Shown piece after piece: positions 1 to 14,200 of a stretch of DNA of 64,000 nucleotides. The DNA is from Stylophora pistillata (lineage: Eukaryota), in contig NW_019217895.1 in NCBI RefSeq assembly GCF_002571385.2, positions 235,821 to 299,820 on the forward strand, written 5' to 3'. Within the stretch, counting starts at the first letter, position 1, and every line of letters starts with the position of its first letter. The notes below the pieces were generated by a model. It saw nothing but the letters and a program-made list of their open reading frames with translations. It was not told where the DNA came from and searched no databases. The position numbers and the translations under genes are program-made.

Positions 1-53
1 AAAAAAAATAAAGAAATTCTGCTTTACATAGATGCCGTGTGTGTTTTGTCGAT

Positions 54-430
54 TCAGACGAAGAAATTGCGACAACCATTTCGGAAGGATTGAAGTGATT
101 TTGCTTGCCGCAATTCAGGGGACAAGCTATTCCAGATAACCGCACCGTTATAGCTAAAGCTATTTTTCAGGAAATTGGTGCGGGGCAATGGAACAGCTAG
201 TTTGTTTTCAGAGTTCCTTAGATTATATGGAGGATCATATTTAGTGAAAAGAGAACCAAGATAGTCGGGCGCAAGACCATGTATAGATTTATAGACCATG
301 GTGGCCACTTGTATTTGTCGCTGAGTATCTAACCGTCTCCAGTTAAGTTGCACAAAAAGAGGATCAGCGCTTGTGTCATAACTGGAGAAGGTCAGAATAC
401 GGGCAGCCCGGTTTTGCAACTTTTGGAGCT
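54..430 (-). mobile_element. 5'-truncated LINE (CR1/L2-like) fragment, C-terminal end of the RT-containing ORF2
   Basis: The ORF reads QNRAARILT...LNWRRL...MVYKSIHGLAPDYL...LPRTNFLKNSFSYNGAVIWNSL, the typical post-RT C-terminus of CR1/L2-group ORF2. It breaks off at about 430 into a MITE fragment. Confidence 0.85.
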
Positions 431-2286
431 TATTCGAAAGACCCTTGTTCGGTCTGTGCTGGTGATCTCGGTCAAGATTCTCCCATACAGACCTCCTGCT
501 TGGTTAATAAGAACTAAATATTGTAAGGAGAAATTCTGTCTTGGTCACTAATGGGAGTCTAAGAGTTTAGAGGTCTGGGTTGAGACCTGGTTGGGATCAT
601 TGTGATGTGTTCTTGGGTAAGACAGGGAACTTTCAAATAGCCTCTCTTTATCCAGGAGAATCATTAAGAACCAGCAAACTGTCAGGGAACTCTGGGAAAA
701 AGGTTGACGGCCAGCTTTTGATGGACCAGCATCCCATCCAGAAGGGGGAACATGTAGCAATACTCCAAGTCCCTTCATACTACAAAGACCAGGATAAACC
801 CTGGCACATTTTGGCCTATTTGGTTTTAGTACAGACCTTGTCGATAATTTATATTATTTTTAGTTAATGAACAGTCAATTCAATCTAATTATTTATTTGG
901 CAAGTTATGGAATTTCTCAATGTTCATGCATGTATATCTCTCTGTTAGTACTTGCGCTATGACTGGTTAATTTAGCAGGCTGTATTTTACTGTATGTGAT
1001 TTGCGCTTGCAACTAGAAGCTTTACTGTAGCTTTGAAGGTTACAGATGTATAGTGACCCATTTATTCTTGTACTAATTGCCATAGGAAACAAGTCAAACT
1101 AAAAAACAAATAGACAGATTGTTTTAAATATAAAATAACATTTGAGAGTTCAACGAAATGTAACTTACAATTTGTAGGGCATTCCACACATCTTATACAT
1201 CTTTATGCGATCTCTGGTTGACAGTTATGTTCAGTATTCAATTCGTCTTTAAATAAAAGGGGGAGGTTGCTCCCCAGACTCCCTGGGACAATGCTCTGGT
1301 TCCAAAACTATAATAGGCTAAGTGGAAATCAGTATGCTTTGTTCAATTCAAAAGTTTGTTTAACTCTTTTTCCATCAAGAGTGACCAGCATCTAATTTCT
1401 CCTTACAATAACACCCCTGAATCATGCATTAAGGTCATGAGAGTGAAGGAAATGATCACCAGCTAAACAAACTTTTGATTGTTAAACAGATTCTCTTTGT
1501 TAGCACCTAGGGAAATGTATGGAGAACAGTGTGGGGAATACACCTGCTGATGTTAGGATTTTGAAGCCAGACATATGATAAAGCTCCTACTCAGCTCATT
1601 TTCTTGGTCCATATTGTAACTCACAGAGCCTCATTTTTTCCATTTGGATTTGCTCAGGCCATAAATCTGGATGTATATCTTATTAGACATTTTGTTGTGT
1701 AGTATCACAGAGAACTTTATGAGTTGTGCTATATTTTGACAAACCCAAAGGGTGAATCAAAATACAAATAACGAGTAAAAATACTCAGCGATACAACACA
1801 TCAAAACGTCTAATAAGTTATTTATTATCCAACACACCAAATTGTTATTTCAATGCGGCTAAATTTTCCGGATGTTTATATACACAGAGTGCGTGACAGA
1901 AGTATGTGAAGCGAAGTGGAATTGGCCTGTTTTTGTGTTACTGTTTCTATTTTCTTTCATAAATGAAATTTCATTGTCATCTAACTGCTTTTCTTTGTTC
2001 AATTTATCTCAGAAACTTGGATTAATATTTGCCAGCCATTCCAACTCTTCGTTGTCAGAAAAATGATTTAAATTGTCTGCCAATTTTTTTTGGAACTTCA
2101 ACCCAATTTGTTGCTTGCGTGATTCAAGAAAACCTGTATAACTGGTTCTCTGGAGTTACAATTACCACATGATATTTATTTGATGATGTTATTTCTACTC
2201 TATGGAGTGTGGTTGAGTAATGAATATATTTATGTTTACTTTGTAAATCATTGTTCTTGAATCTAGATATTTTGTTGTATTTGTAG

Positions 2287-5200
2287 GTTGCACACTGCTA
2301 CACAGAGGAACTGGAACATTTCCCTCAGGAACTTATTGATGTCTTGCAAAGACATCACAGTGTTATGGATCCTGAGCTTAGAATGGTGCAGTAATTTCAG
2401 TGTTTATTGGCATTGGTTAGACTATGAGCAGTCCCTTTTTTTGGCAAGGTCTGTAGCACAAGTAAAAAAAATCCTTGAAACTGAAAAAGTTTATGTTAAC
2501 GCACAGCAGGGAGTTCTTGAAGTGACGTTGATGTGCTTGTAGGAGCTCCATGAATGAGCCACTTGAAAAGTGGGGACTGCAGACTAACCTTACTTTTGGA
2601 GCATCTCATTCATGGAGCTCCATTGCACACTATTGTTACTCCAAAAGCTCCCTGTGGTGTACTAACTTCTATTTTTTATTTTCACTTTTTTTTTTTTTTA
2701 CTTTCACAATGGACATTGGCAAAAAGGAGGGACTGCTTGAAGTCCAGGCATTGGTGTATGACCCAATATTTATGTACCTGACAAATTTTTGTAAGTCAAA
2801 GCCCTGATTAGCATAGATTTATTTACTTCTGGAGACACCTCAAAGATGTTTGGTGGTTTTGAGTTGTACCACTGATAACAAAGAACAACTCATGATCTAA
2901 AACTCACCAGCATGTCTAGCCAGCCTGTGCCGTAACTTGTGTTTTTCATGCATGAAAAATTTTTTTCAGACAATTTGTAGAGCTCTTATCCTGCTTCGAA
3001 ACAAGAACTTATTGTCACCAACAAGGTAGAGGCAATTCATTTTTAAATACTTTAAAATACTTTAATTCCCAATTATAAACCCATTAAATTGTATTTCCTA
3101 TGAATTTGTACTATTGTTATTACATGCCCACATGTTCCTATACCTCATCATATTAAATAATAAGACAAATCATGTACAGCCTTCTAGGAAACTGTTTTTT
3201 TTCCCTGACTATCTGTTTAGAGCACTCTGTCAGGTAGCTAAAGCTATACAAGTGACCAGTATGGTGGTTAGAGGTGTACTTGTGTTTATTAGTGTTTTAT
3301 TAGTGTTTTATTAGTATTTTATTAGTGTTTAGAGCACTCTGTCAGGTAGCTAAAGCTATACAAGTGACCAGTATGGTGGTTAGAGGTGTACTTGTGTTTA
3401 TTAGTGTTTTATTAGTGTTTTATTAGTATTTTATTAGTGTTTAGAGCACTCTGTCAGGTAGCTAAAGCTATACAAGTGACCAGTATGGTGGTTAGAGGTG
3501 TACTTGTGTTTATTAGTGTTTTATTAGTGTTTTATTAGTATTTTATTAGTGTTTAGAGCACTCTGTCAGGTAGCTAAAGCTATACAAGTGACCAGTATGG
3601 TGGTTAGAGGTGTACTTGTGTTTATTAGTGTTTTATTAGTGTTTTATTAGTATTTTATTAGTGTTTAGAGCACTCTGTCAGGTAGCTAAAGCTATACAAG
3701 TGACCAGTATGGTGGTTAGAGGTGTACTTGTGTTTATTAGTGTTTTATTAGTGTTTTATTAGTATTTTATTAGTGTTTAGAGCACTCTGTCAGGTAGCTA
3801 AAGCTATACAAGTGACCAGTATGGTGGTTAGAGGTGTACTTGTGTTTATTAGTGTTTTATTAGTGTTTTATTAGTATTTTATTAGTGTTTAGAGCACTCT
3901 GTCAGGTAGCTAAAGCTATACAAGTGACCAGTATGGTGGTTAGAGGTGTACTTGTGTTTATTAGTGTTTTATTAGTGTTTTATTAGTATTTTATTAGTGT
4001 TTAGAGCACTCTGTCAGGTAGCTAAAGCTATACAAGTGACCAGTATGGTGGTTAGAGGTGTACTTGTGTTTATTAGTGTTTTATTAGTGTTTTATTAGTA
4101 TTTTATTAGTGTTTAGAGCACTCTGTCAGGTAGCTAAAGCTATACAAGTGACCAGTATGGTGGTTAGAGGTGTACTTGTGTTTATTAGTGTTTTATTAGT
4201 GTTTTATTAGTATTTTATTAGTGTTTAGAGCACTCTGTCAGGTAGCTAAAGCTATACAAGTGACCAGTATGGTGGTTAGAGGTGTACTTGTGTTTATTAG
4301 TGTTTTATTAGTGTTTTATTAGTATTTTATTAGTGTTTAGAGCACTCTGTCAGGTAGCTAAAGCTATACAAGTGACCAGTATGGTGGTTAGAGGTGTACT
4401 TGTGTTTATTAGTGTTTTATTAGTGTTTTATTAGTATTTNACAAAGAAATATGTCGCAGCGAGGGAGGAGAAAAACAAAGTAAGATCCTGTAAGTTAGAG
4501 GGTTATCTCCTCGCGAACTGCTTTGTTATGTTTTTCAATACAAAACTGTGAGATTGGATTTGTCTTTCACAGGTGTTATGATGGCAGCGCGATCGCTCAT
4601 TCAACTATTCCGGTCCGTGAATCCAGCACTTCTGACTGAATTACTGACTGACTGACTGAGTAGATAATTAACTGACTCACTGACTCAATGACTGAGTAGC
4701 TAATTGACTAAGGGCTGATAGTTTCTAAAGAAACTGTTTGGGGCTGCATTGGTGGGGGCAACGAAATAATTTGAATATATCAACAAAGTTGAAATGGTAA
4801 ATTGGCCACCGTTACGATTATAAAAGCTGACGTTTCGAGCGTTAGCCCTTCGACTGCTGACTTTGGACTGATTGACTAGTTGACTGACTGACTGAATGGC
4901 CAATTGACTGACTGACAGACTGTCTGACTGACTGACTGTCTTACTGTCTGACTGACTACCTGACCGACTACCTGACCGACAGGCTGATTGAGTGAGTGAC
5001 TGACTGTCTTACTGTTTGACTGACAGGCTGACTGACTCTCTTACTGACAGGCTGACTGACTGACTAATTAACTTACTGACTGACTGATGGATAACTTACT
5101 CTGATTAATTAATGGTTTCATTGGTGAATTGATTAACCAGTCGCATGTAATGGCTTTGAATTGTCATTTTACTCTAGACTCTACAAAACTTCATGTACAC

Positions 5201-8200
5201 AATGCTGCGAGACAGTAATGTTATAGCTGCGAAGAAATCGTTGGATGTAATGGTGGAACTTTACAGAAAGAACGTATGGAATGATGCAAAAACGGTTAAT
5301 GTCATAACAACAGCTTGCTTTTCAACGGTTACAAAGGTAGCTAATTTGAATTTAGTTAATAAATAATAGCTCTTAACAGTACTTAGTGTTAAAAAACATC
5401 AATTTTAAGCTAAAGTACCTGACTCTTTGAACACTGAGAGTGACTAAGATGTAGTATCTAGTTTCTCATTACAATATCACCCCTAAATCAAAACTGAGGG
5501 TCTTGAGAATACAGGAAATGATCACCAACCAAAGGAGCTCCTGATTGTTAAACAAATTCTCCTTGTCAGCACCTTAGGAAATGTATAGAGAACAGGATGG
5601 AGAATATACATGCTGATGTTAGCGTATAAAGTGGAAATGGTATTTCTCAAGCAGTGATTTGAACTGATTTTCCAACATGAAGATACTGAAAAAGAGTTTT
5701 GGAGAAGGGTATTTTACTTATGAGTGAAGAAAATGTAAACCACTGCAATCCCTGTTTTCTTGTGATGCTCAATTGAAATTTCCTCAATATATTTTGGTAC
5801 ATTTTTGTACCGATAAATTGATCAGATTTGTGATTTACCATATTTTTTGTATTTTGATGCCTTTAGATTATGGTTGCTGCTCTGACATTTTTCCTCGGCA
5901 AAGATGAAGATAATGAAGATAAGGACGAAAGTGACAGTGACCATGAGGTAATGGTACATTATTTTTCACGCGGAAGAAGGGGGGGGAGGTGTGCGCGGTG
6001 AAACTTACCTGATCTCCCCTTAAAGCTCTGTTATATTTTTATGATCCCGACCCCCCCCCCGTAATTGACAGTCGATTTTCTTTAGTCCCCCCTTTGTGCT
6101 CGTCGGTGACGACTGATCCTCCCTCNNNNNNNNNNNNNNNNNNNNNNNNNNNNNNNNNNNNNNNNNNNNNNNNNNNNNNNNNNNNNNNNTTTAACCGAGA
6201 GACATAATATATAGTCAACAAGATGATGGGAATAGAGGGCTCTTAACACAATCTAATGACTTACTAGGTGATGTATATATCTTATTAACCAAGCGCGAGG
6301 GCCGTACTGGGAGAATATCGGCCCGAGGTCTTGACAGTACGGACCGAGCGCAGCGAGGTCCGTACAAAAAAGACCGAGGGCCGATATTCTTCCAGTACGG
6401 TCCCGAGCAAGCTTGGTTAATAAGAGATTTATTATACGACTGAAGTTCAAAGGGACACAAGTGCGGTATCATTCGGGACCATTCGAGACAGTGCCCGGTC
6501 CAATACTGAGAGAATATTGGACCGGCAATAGAGCATTTTGATTGGTTGATTTTAGTTATTGGCCCTCTGACTGCCCGAGTCGTGTAATAAAAGTAGTTAT
6601 TATAGTTCTTATAAGCTGATACAGGATATGATGTTGAATACGTTTATTACTGTTCAACTGTTTAGGGTGCTTTCCGATTGAGTGTCGTAAAACCAAAACG
6701 CATCGGCCAATTAAAAGAAAGGAAAAGGAATTTGATGCGAACTCAAAGTAAAAACAACTAAACTGCCAAAAACGCGGGAAAACGCGGGCAACCAACTCGT
6801 GATTGGATTTAGTTTAGCATCTGATTAGTTGAGAGAGTGGCGCGAGTTTTCTGGACCAATCACAGAACGAAGTAAAGAAGAACCAATTCATTCCCGGATT
6901 ACTTTGAACACTCTATTGGAAATAACTCTATTAGGACCATATCACTTGTAAAAACATTTTCTTGTAATAACTATTGATGGCTAATTGACACACTGTAGAT
7001 AAAGATGTTTTGTCTCTAATTAAAAGGAACAGAACGAGGAAGAAGAGGAAGAAGAGGAAGAAGAGGAAGAGAATGAAGGAGCAGATGGAAGCGAAGACTT
7101 AAAAACAAAGGCAGCAAGAATAAGCCAGTCAAGAGTAAGAGATACTATTCCCTTTTTGGTTTTTGTCAGGTATTTCTCTTCACTTTTCTTTCTTTTCAAA
7201 GCGCAACTGTATTATGAGTTAACACCGCTTCAAGGGCTGGTTGACATCACCACAAGAACGGAATATAAATGTTGCCTGACATCTTGCCATCGGAGAGTTC
7301 CTGAACAGGTTTCAGGATAACCCCCAACAACAAACAGCAGAGTTAACCAACTACTTTGGTCATTTGGGTCAGCCGTCGCTTCCAGTCATTCCAAATCCAG
7401 GTGCACCAACCTCTGGGTGTTAGAGGAAAAACAAAGCCTGAATTGCATGCAAAGCGTAGAATAAAACTTGAAAGTTCGATAGCTGAGTTGAATACATGTC
7501 AAACACAGCAAAAGACTAAGGACAGTTCAGACAGCTCATTTTTTCTCCTTTTTCGTTTTTCGCAAAGCGTCTGTATTATTTACCTTTTTCTTATAGTTCC
7601 TCACAGATGACGACTTCAAGAAAATTAAAATGCGAGAAATCGCTCGTCAGATTGATCCCAAAGCGGGCAAGAAGCGAAAGAGGACTACAGACACTACGGG
7701 GCTCGCTGAGAGGTTTGTCATTTATCTGTGGATAAACAAAAATGTATATATACGTGAGCTGTGTAGACGGCGGGGTATTGTAAACTGGGGAACTAACGAA
7801 AAACGTACGGTTCGCTCGTTTTTGTGTTTGGTTCTGGTTCGTTTTTGTCTTGGTCCTTTATGCGCTGGTTTGTTTGCTAGCTCATTTCCTTTTATGTGAA
7901 ATTCTGGTCGCCTGGATATAACTTTTGATCAGGTTTCATCAACTGAGTTGTTTCGAGCGTTAACCATTCGTTGGAGCGAATACAGGAATTGTGGGTTGTG
8001 TGTGTTTTATATGCAGAAAATGGAGCTATGCTATTGGTGAGTCAGGTGAAAAATAAAATTAGTTGAGTGAAAAGTGGTCCTGGATATCGTGGGGATTGAG
8101 AGTGCCGATTTGAAAGATACGTTTTTGTTCTAGAGATTTGCGGCTTTCCAAACTGTCAAGATGCAAGGAAATTCCACAGACTGCCATATACTGCTTAGAA

Positions 8201-11200
8201 TGATTCGGAAGGTTAAAGTGTCTAGCTACCGTTTATATTTGCTATTCCTTTCTACGTCACGAAGATGTTTGTTTGCTTCTATGCTCTTAAGCTGTTTTTC
8301 CTTCTACACAGAAACGAACTTCTTTCCGTGGGAGACATCGAAAACATACATAAGAAGAGAAAACACGATAAGGATTCAAGACTGGAGACTGTCATTGTAA
8401 GTAGTGAGTAACGTAGATTGATATTGATATTCTCTACTCTGTGCTCTTTGCATTTCTTATAGTAGTGGCAAGGAGAATTTGTTTGACAATCAGGAACTTC
8501 TCGAATTGGTGATCATTTCCTTTCTTCTCTTGACATTCATATTTGATTTTAGGGTGATACTGCAAAGAGAAATAGGTTTCCAGACAACAAAGGGTCAAAG
8601 AATTAAACCCGATTCCAAAATGATCCGAACGTGAACCACTTCTTCTAGTTGTGTGGTGGTACTTTCGTTCATCATGAATAATGGGTGAATTGCATTGAAA
8701 ATTCATCTTCGACCTGTAGATATGGTGTGACGAATTTAGCTTTACTAGTGAATTACAGTTTAAGAAAAAAGGCCTTCGAAGGGCTATAACTCAATTATAG
8801 AAACACTTAACCATTTCCCAAGAAAGGATGTTTCGATTTTCGTTAAGACACAATTTTTTCAGGTTTCAATGTCATCTAGGGACCAATCATTATTCATAGC
8901 CGAGGGGGAAGGGAACATGTGATTCATTGTATCTCTAAAATGGACTCTGGATGAGGCAATTTTAAACCGCTATCGTTTAACTTTTTTATGGCCATCCACA
9001 CGGAGTTATACAGAATTTGTTACTGAATGCTTCTTGCTAAACGAGCTCGAGGTCCACACTGTAAGTTACGGACCGTGTTTTTTTTCTACTCGGACTGATG
9101 GCCTAAGCGCCAAGCGCTCGGGCCATAAATCTGCACGGAAAAACCAGGTTCTGAAACTTACAGTAAGCACCGAGAAAACGAGGTAAAGAGACTGAAGACA
9201 TTAATGAATATGGCGGGCCGCACAGTGAAATACGGGTCGCTTAATTGACCAATCATAGCGCGGGCCATGAATCTGAGCAGAAAAAAACTCGGTTCCGTAA
9301 TTTACAATACGGATCGAGAAGGCGAGGTTAGTAGTAACTGAAGACATTTATGAATATGGCGGGCCGCACAGTGAAATCTGGGTCGCTTAATTGACCAATC
9401 ATAGCGCACGCTCCAACTGAGAGATATAATAAAGCAGACCAAAGCATGATATGTCAGCCTTGGAATGATAAATGGTTTGAGTACCTGAATTTTTGCAATG
9501 ATCGTTCGATGCGTTTATTTGCGAAGAAATAAGGACCACCTAATCACTCAAGTTGACGTAAGAACACCAACTGATAGAGGTAAAACATGACGCTAATGGC
9601 GATCAGCAAAGGGTCGAGGGAATTTTTTGCCATCTGCTTTCAGCCGTCAATTCACTTGGACCGAAGTATCTGCATTGCCTGTCGACTTTTAGATTTTTGA
9701 ACCAGGGTTTATTTCATGATAGAGGAAGAGCTAGTAAGCTAGAGTTTATTTTTGGCGTCGGTCGTTGTCGTGAACGAAATGCTCGAACTCATTGATCGCT
9801 ATTGCAGTTTCAAATTTCACTTGTGGCCTTAGTGTGTAACTTCATATTTCCAACATTGTTGTTTGTGTAGTTGTTGTTATTTCAAACAGGGTGGTGTGCT
9901 AAATATAAACGTTTCTTTTGTAATTCTCTAAACGTGCGGGGTGAAGGCTTTTATGCTTCACAGCGGCTCAGTTTGCGCTGGAAATTGCAGACATTGCTTC
10001 ACGGTTGGACGGATACTTACTATCTCTGTCCACATCTGCATGGTACTCTTTGGCTGTCACGATTTGTTTTTGTAAAGGAAACCGCAATGGTTCGTTTTGA
10101 TCAGCGAATCTCGAGCACTGTTCTAAACTGCACGTAGAAGTTGCTTTCCTGTGTTAAGAGTTCCTTTGCATGCTCCGCCACTGATAACCCGCTTAAGGCG
10201 TGTTCTAATCCTGCCTGATAGTATGGCTTACAACTTCCTCTGTTTCTCGATACATGAGATGGAGCTCACGTGGTGGGCGCGCGATAACCCGCGTGAATTA
10301 CGCACGCCTGACACGCGTAATACGCGCGCGTGGGGTAACTACAGTGTTAGGTTATGTTGAACGCGAGTAACATGTATCTTTGCAATTTTTAATCTACTTT
10401 TGAAATGGAAATTGATTTCCGCGAAAACTCGCTTTTGATTTCTCGTTTGTCTCAGCCTTCCACATTGCAATTGGATTTGATTTAGATTATAAGGAGAGTC
10501 TTTCTTGTCCAAGTCGTGATTTTCTTGTGATTGTCTTCAGTCTTGTGCTCATCCGTGTCCGATTTTTAGTTTAGAAGCCTATCATGTAGAACTTTTTATC
10601 GCTCGATGAATTCGAATTTTCCGCGATTTGCCGTTGTAACGAGTACGACATTCACGAAGTAAACAGGAACAGGTTACGACAACTCACCAGTAGCAGAAGT
10701 AACCTCCTGCTCTGCTAAAACGGAACTCTTTGAGTTTCAGTAGACCGTGACATGTTTCAAAAGGTGAAGTGTAGCGTGACTTATTTCGCGTCATCAGTGA
10801 AGACCCGCGGGCTTCAAAGTAGCATTTTTTCCGCCACCGTCTCCTGACACCTAACCTCCCCTTGTACCGAGAGAAACACAAATGAAGCAAACAGGAACTA
10901 CAAAATGGCTAGCCTGTGTACAGCCGCCCCATCCCTCAAAAAAATCGGGAAGGGGACCCCACCCGGGTACCCCTTCCGATTTTTTGGAGGGGATGGGGCG
11001 GCTCTACACAGGCTACAAAATGGCCCTCTTTTTGGTGGATTGTACACGAAAGGAGTAACTTTCGGTCAAGAGTGGTCAATGACTGGGAAAAGGTTGGACA
11101 CCAGGGCGGAACCCCCCTCCTTTTTACACACATACATACATACCCAGGGTAACATTGTGGCATTCTGTTGCATCAGAAGGGGGGATTTTCATTGTGGTAT

Positions 11201-14200
11201 AGAGCGTACGCTTTAACTTTTTTTCATTAAAGTCGAGGAAACCACAAACTATAAGCATGAAGTGGGGGGAGTAGAGAGATATTGTAGAGATATGGTAATT
11301 GAAAAGAGGTAATGGATGGTCCTTAATGGAGAAAAACTTTTACATTGATTGCAAACTACGAACTTGGCACATTTGGGCTGATTTTCTCATAATGCACAGA
11401 TCTTGGGGTCGCGTTGAAAAAGTAAACCAACAGCATGTTTGGGTAAGATAAGTGAGTGGAAACAGCAGGCTTTTAACATTTCCTCTTTACACGTGCGGTT
11501 AGTCCAAGAACTTCCTGCACTCACAGCGGGAACTTACCTAGATTTTATTTATAGCTTCCTTGTGCTACAGAAAGATCTGCTCGTCCTAAGACTTAAGAGA
11601 TAATTTCTCATCCGTTTCAAGGATTCAAATGACTCAATTACACATCGTACTTCGATGACCCATGTAGCGGAATAAAAATTGCTGTTGTGTACAGTCAATA
11701 TCACTGAATCCAAACATGTGGCTCTTTCCTGCTGCCTGCATGTTATTCTATCGCGATCATATGTGGGACCTTGGAAGCTCATCGGTCTGATGTTTATTTT
11801 GGCTATGTTTACCACGAGCACATGATTGATAACACAGTCGGGGTTAACGGCTGCTTTGGGTTAAAATTACAACTTACGTCATAATATGTGAAGTTATTAT
11901 TACAGCATTGGCTTTAAAATAGAAAGAAACCTCATAGATGACTGTGCATGTGCTCTGGTGGGTGGTTAATGAAGTATTTAAATTGAACCATGTGGAAACA
12001 GGCGGGGATGGCTCAAGATGGTGGTTACTAACACAGAATTAAATTGAAGAGCCTTGAAGACGATGGCAAAATGTTCAAAATTTATAAAGCACGAGTGAGC
12101 ATCCTTGAGAGGTCATTTGGATTTCTTAATCGACATCACTACAGGAAGGTGGAAGATTTGGGACCTTTCGAAAACATTTCCTTTTACAAAGTCGGGACTT
12201 TGGTTTAAGATATTGGTGCAAGTGGGAATTTTGCTGACGCGCATGTCACTAATTAATAGATAAACTGCGAACTGTTTCCAACTGTTTCGCATAAACTGAG
12301 GGTCTAAAAGAAAGGCTTTTGAAAACGTATGGTCTTGTTGTTGATATGAACCTCACTGAATCGTGTTACATAGCCGCCGAACAAAGCTGTTGGGGATTAG
12401 GTTTTGTTATAGATCCGCACAGCTCTTTGTAAATGACGAAAATGTTTACGTCAGTCAATTTATTTCAAGATCTGCCAATATAATACAATACTAGCGTGAT
12501 CTCGACTCAGACAAGAACTAAATCACTATCGTCTGCCTTTTGATGGAGTCTTGCATACTTGGATTTATAGCCAAACATTGCATGCATGAACAGACAATAA
12601 TACTTTGAAAGCTTAGGCGGCGTTGGCACGTTTTTGCTGCTTTTTGCATTTTTTATTTGTCTTGATCAAGGTGTTGTACATCAAGAGCAAATAAGGGGTC
12701 CAACTATTTTCACTTATACGTCAATTAGAGAAAGAGCCGGAAAAATTAGTCAACAACCGTGAGCTTTATGTAAAGTGATGACGATATTTTGTGTTTATCA
12801 CTTCTCAGACATATACAAGTGGTTGATATTGTTTTAGAGTGAGACCGGCATTTGGCCGGTCAACCAATTGAGAGAAAGGCTAACAAAAAGAGAAAGAGAT
12901 TGAGTCACGAAATGGTCGCACGGTTTCCGCATTTTTTTTCTTCTGTTGGAAACTTCACACAAGGGAAAGAAGATATCTTTAAATCCACTTTTTTTCTCGA
13001 AAATCCTCTGACGTGCATGCACTGAACTTAAAGATTAGTGCAGCTTATCTTAGTGAGGCGGCCTCGGGGTGGTCTTTTAGAGAGGATCAAATGCTTTTTG
13101 AATGAAGGTCTCAATTTGTGCATTCCTAGTCACCAAGCTTACTTCCTGTCTCCATCAAAGGTATAGATATTGGTTGACACAAGCGTTGGCTCCTGACTTT
13201 CTAAAGCTAAAGGCTTTTAACACGAACAATGTTTTTGGAAAATTATGATCAGATTCCTTCACGGAAAAGAAGAACGCTGTTAAATGTGTCCCGCTCTCAA
13301 CATGTGGCTTCGTAGTAGTTGTTAGTAGGGTCCAAATAGTATCTGGGAGGGTGAATGANNNNNNNNNNNNNNNNNNNNNNNNNNNNNNNNNNNNNNNNNN
13401 NNNNNNNNNNNNNNNNNNNNNNNNNNNNNNNNNNNNNNNNNNNNNNNNNNNNNNNNNNNNNNNNNNNNNNNNNNNNNNNNNNNNNNNNNNNNNNNNNNNN
13501 NNNNNNNNNNNNNNNNNNNNNNNNNNNNNNNNNNNNNNNNNNNNNNNNNNNNNNNNNNNNNNNNNNNNNNNNNNNNNNNNNNNNNNNNNNNNNNNNNNNN
13601 NNNNNNNNNNNNNNNNNNNNNNNNNNNNNNNNNNNNNNNNNNNNNNNNNNNNNNNNNNNNNNNNNNNNNNNNNNNNNNNNNNNNNNNNNNNNNNNNNNNN
13701 NNNNNNNNNNNNNNNNNNNNNNNNNNNNNNNNNNNNNNNNNNNNNNNNNNNNNNNNNNNNNNNNNNNNNNNNNNNNNNNNNNNNNNNNNNNNNNNNNNNN
13801 NNNNNNNNNNNNNNNNGGGGAGGGCATGAGTTCGAATCCTGCCGAAGCCTGATTTTTTTTCAGGTTTTTTTCAGTTTTTTTTTTGCCATTACTTGAATTA
13901 CAGCTCACTGGCGAGGAGCGTCGTTTCACCTCCTTACACTGTTGTTAGGTCGCAGTGTTGGGAAGTTTGTGTAACTTATTGTCCCGATGGACGGATGATA
14001 GATCATGTCTCTGTCCCAGCAACAGCTATTATGAGAATAGCGCTCCCACTGTAACTGACCAAACTCTTTTTTTTTTTTTTTTTTAATCTCGTGCTAGGAA
14101 GATTCAACCCAGTTGAAATTCATTTAGTTTAACGTTAATTTTATTTTGTTTTAGGCTGGCAGACAAGGTAGAGAAAAATTCGGCTCAAAGAAGGCCTCAA

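Noticed and set aside
3214-4439. CRISPR-like array
   Set aside because: The units are entirely identical with no unique spacers, there are no cas genes, and the context is a eukaryotic intron.
6222-6267. Possible SDAD1 exon [15 protein letters not shown] after the gap
   Set aside because: Weak acceptor context and only superficial similarity; not supportable.
12043-12208. Open frame with [13 protein letters not shown] resembling a Harbinger DDE motif
   Set aside because: Too short, with no other transposase motifs or termini identified.
13297-13929. Long ORFs spanning Ns
   Set aside because: Artefacts of the assembly gap at 13359-13816.
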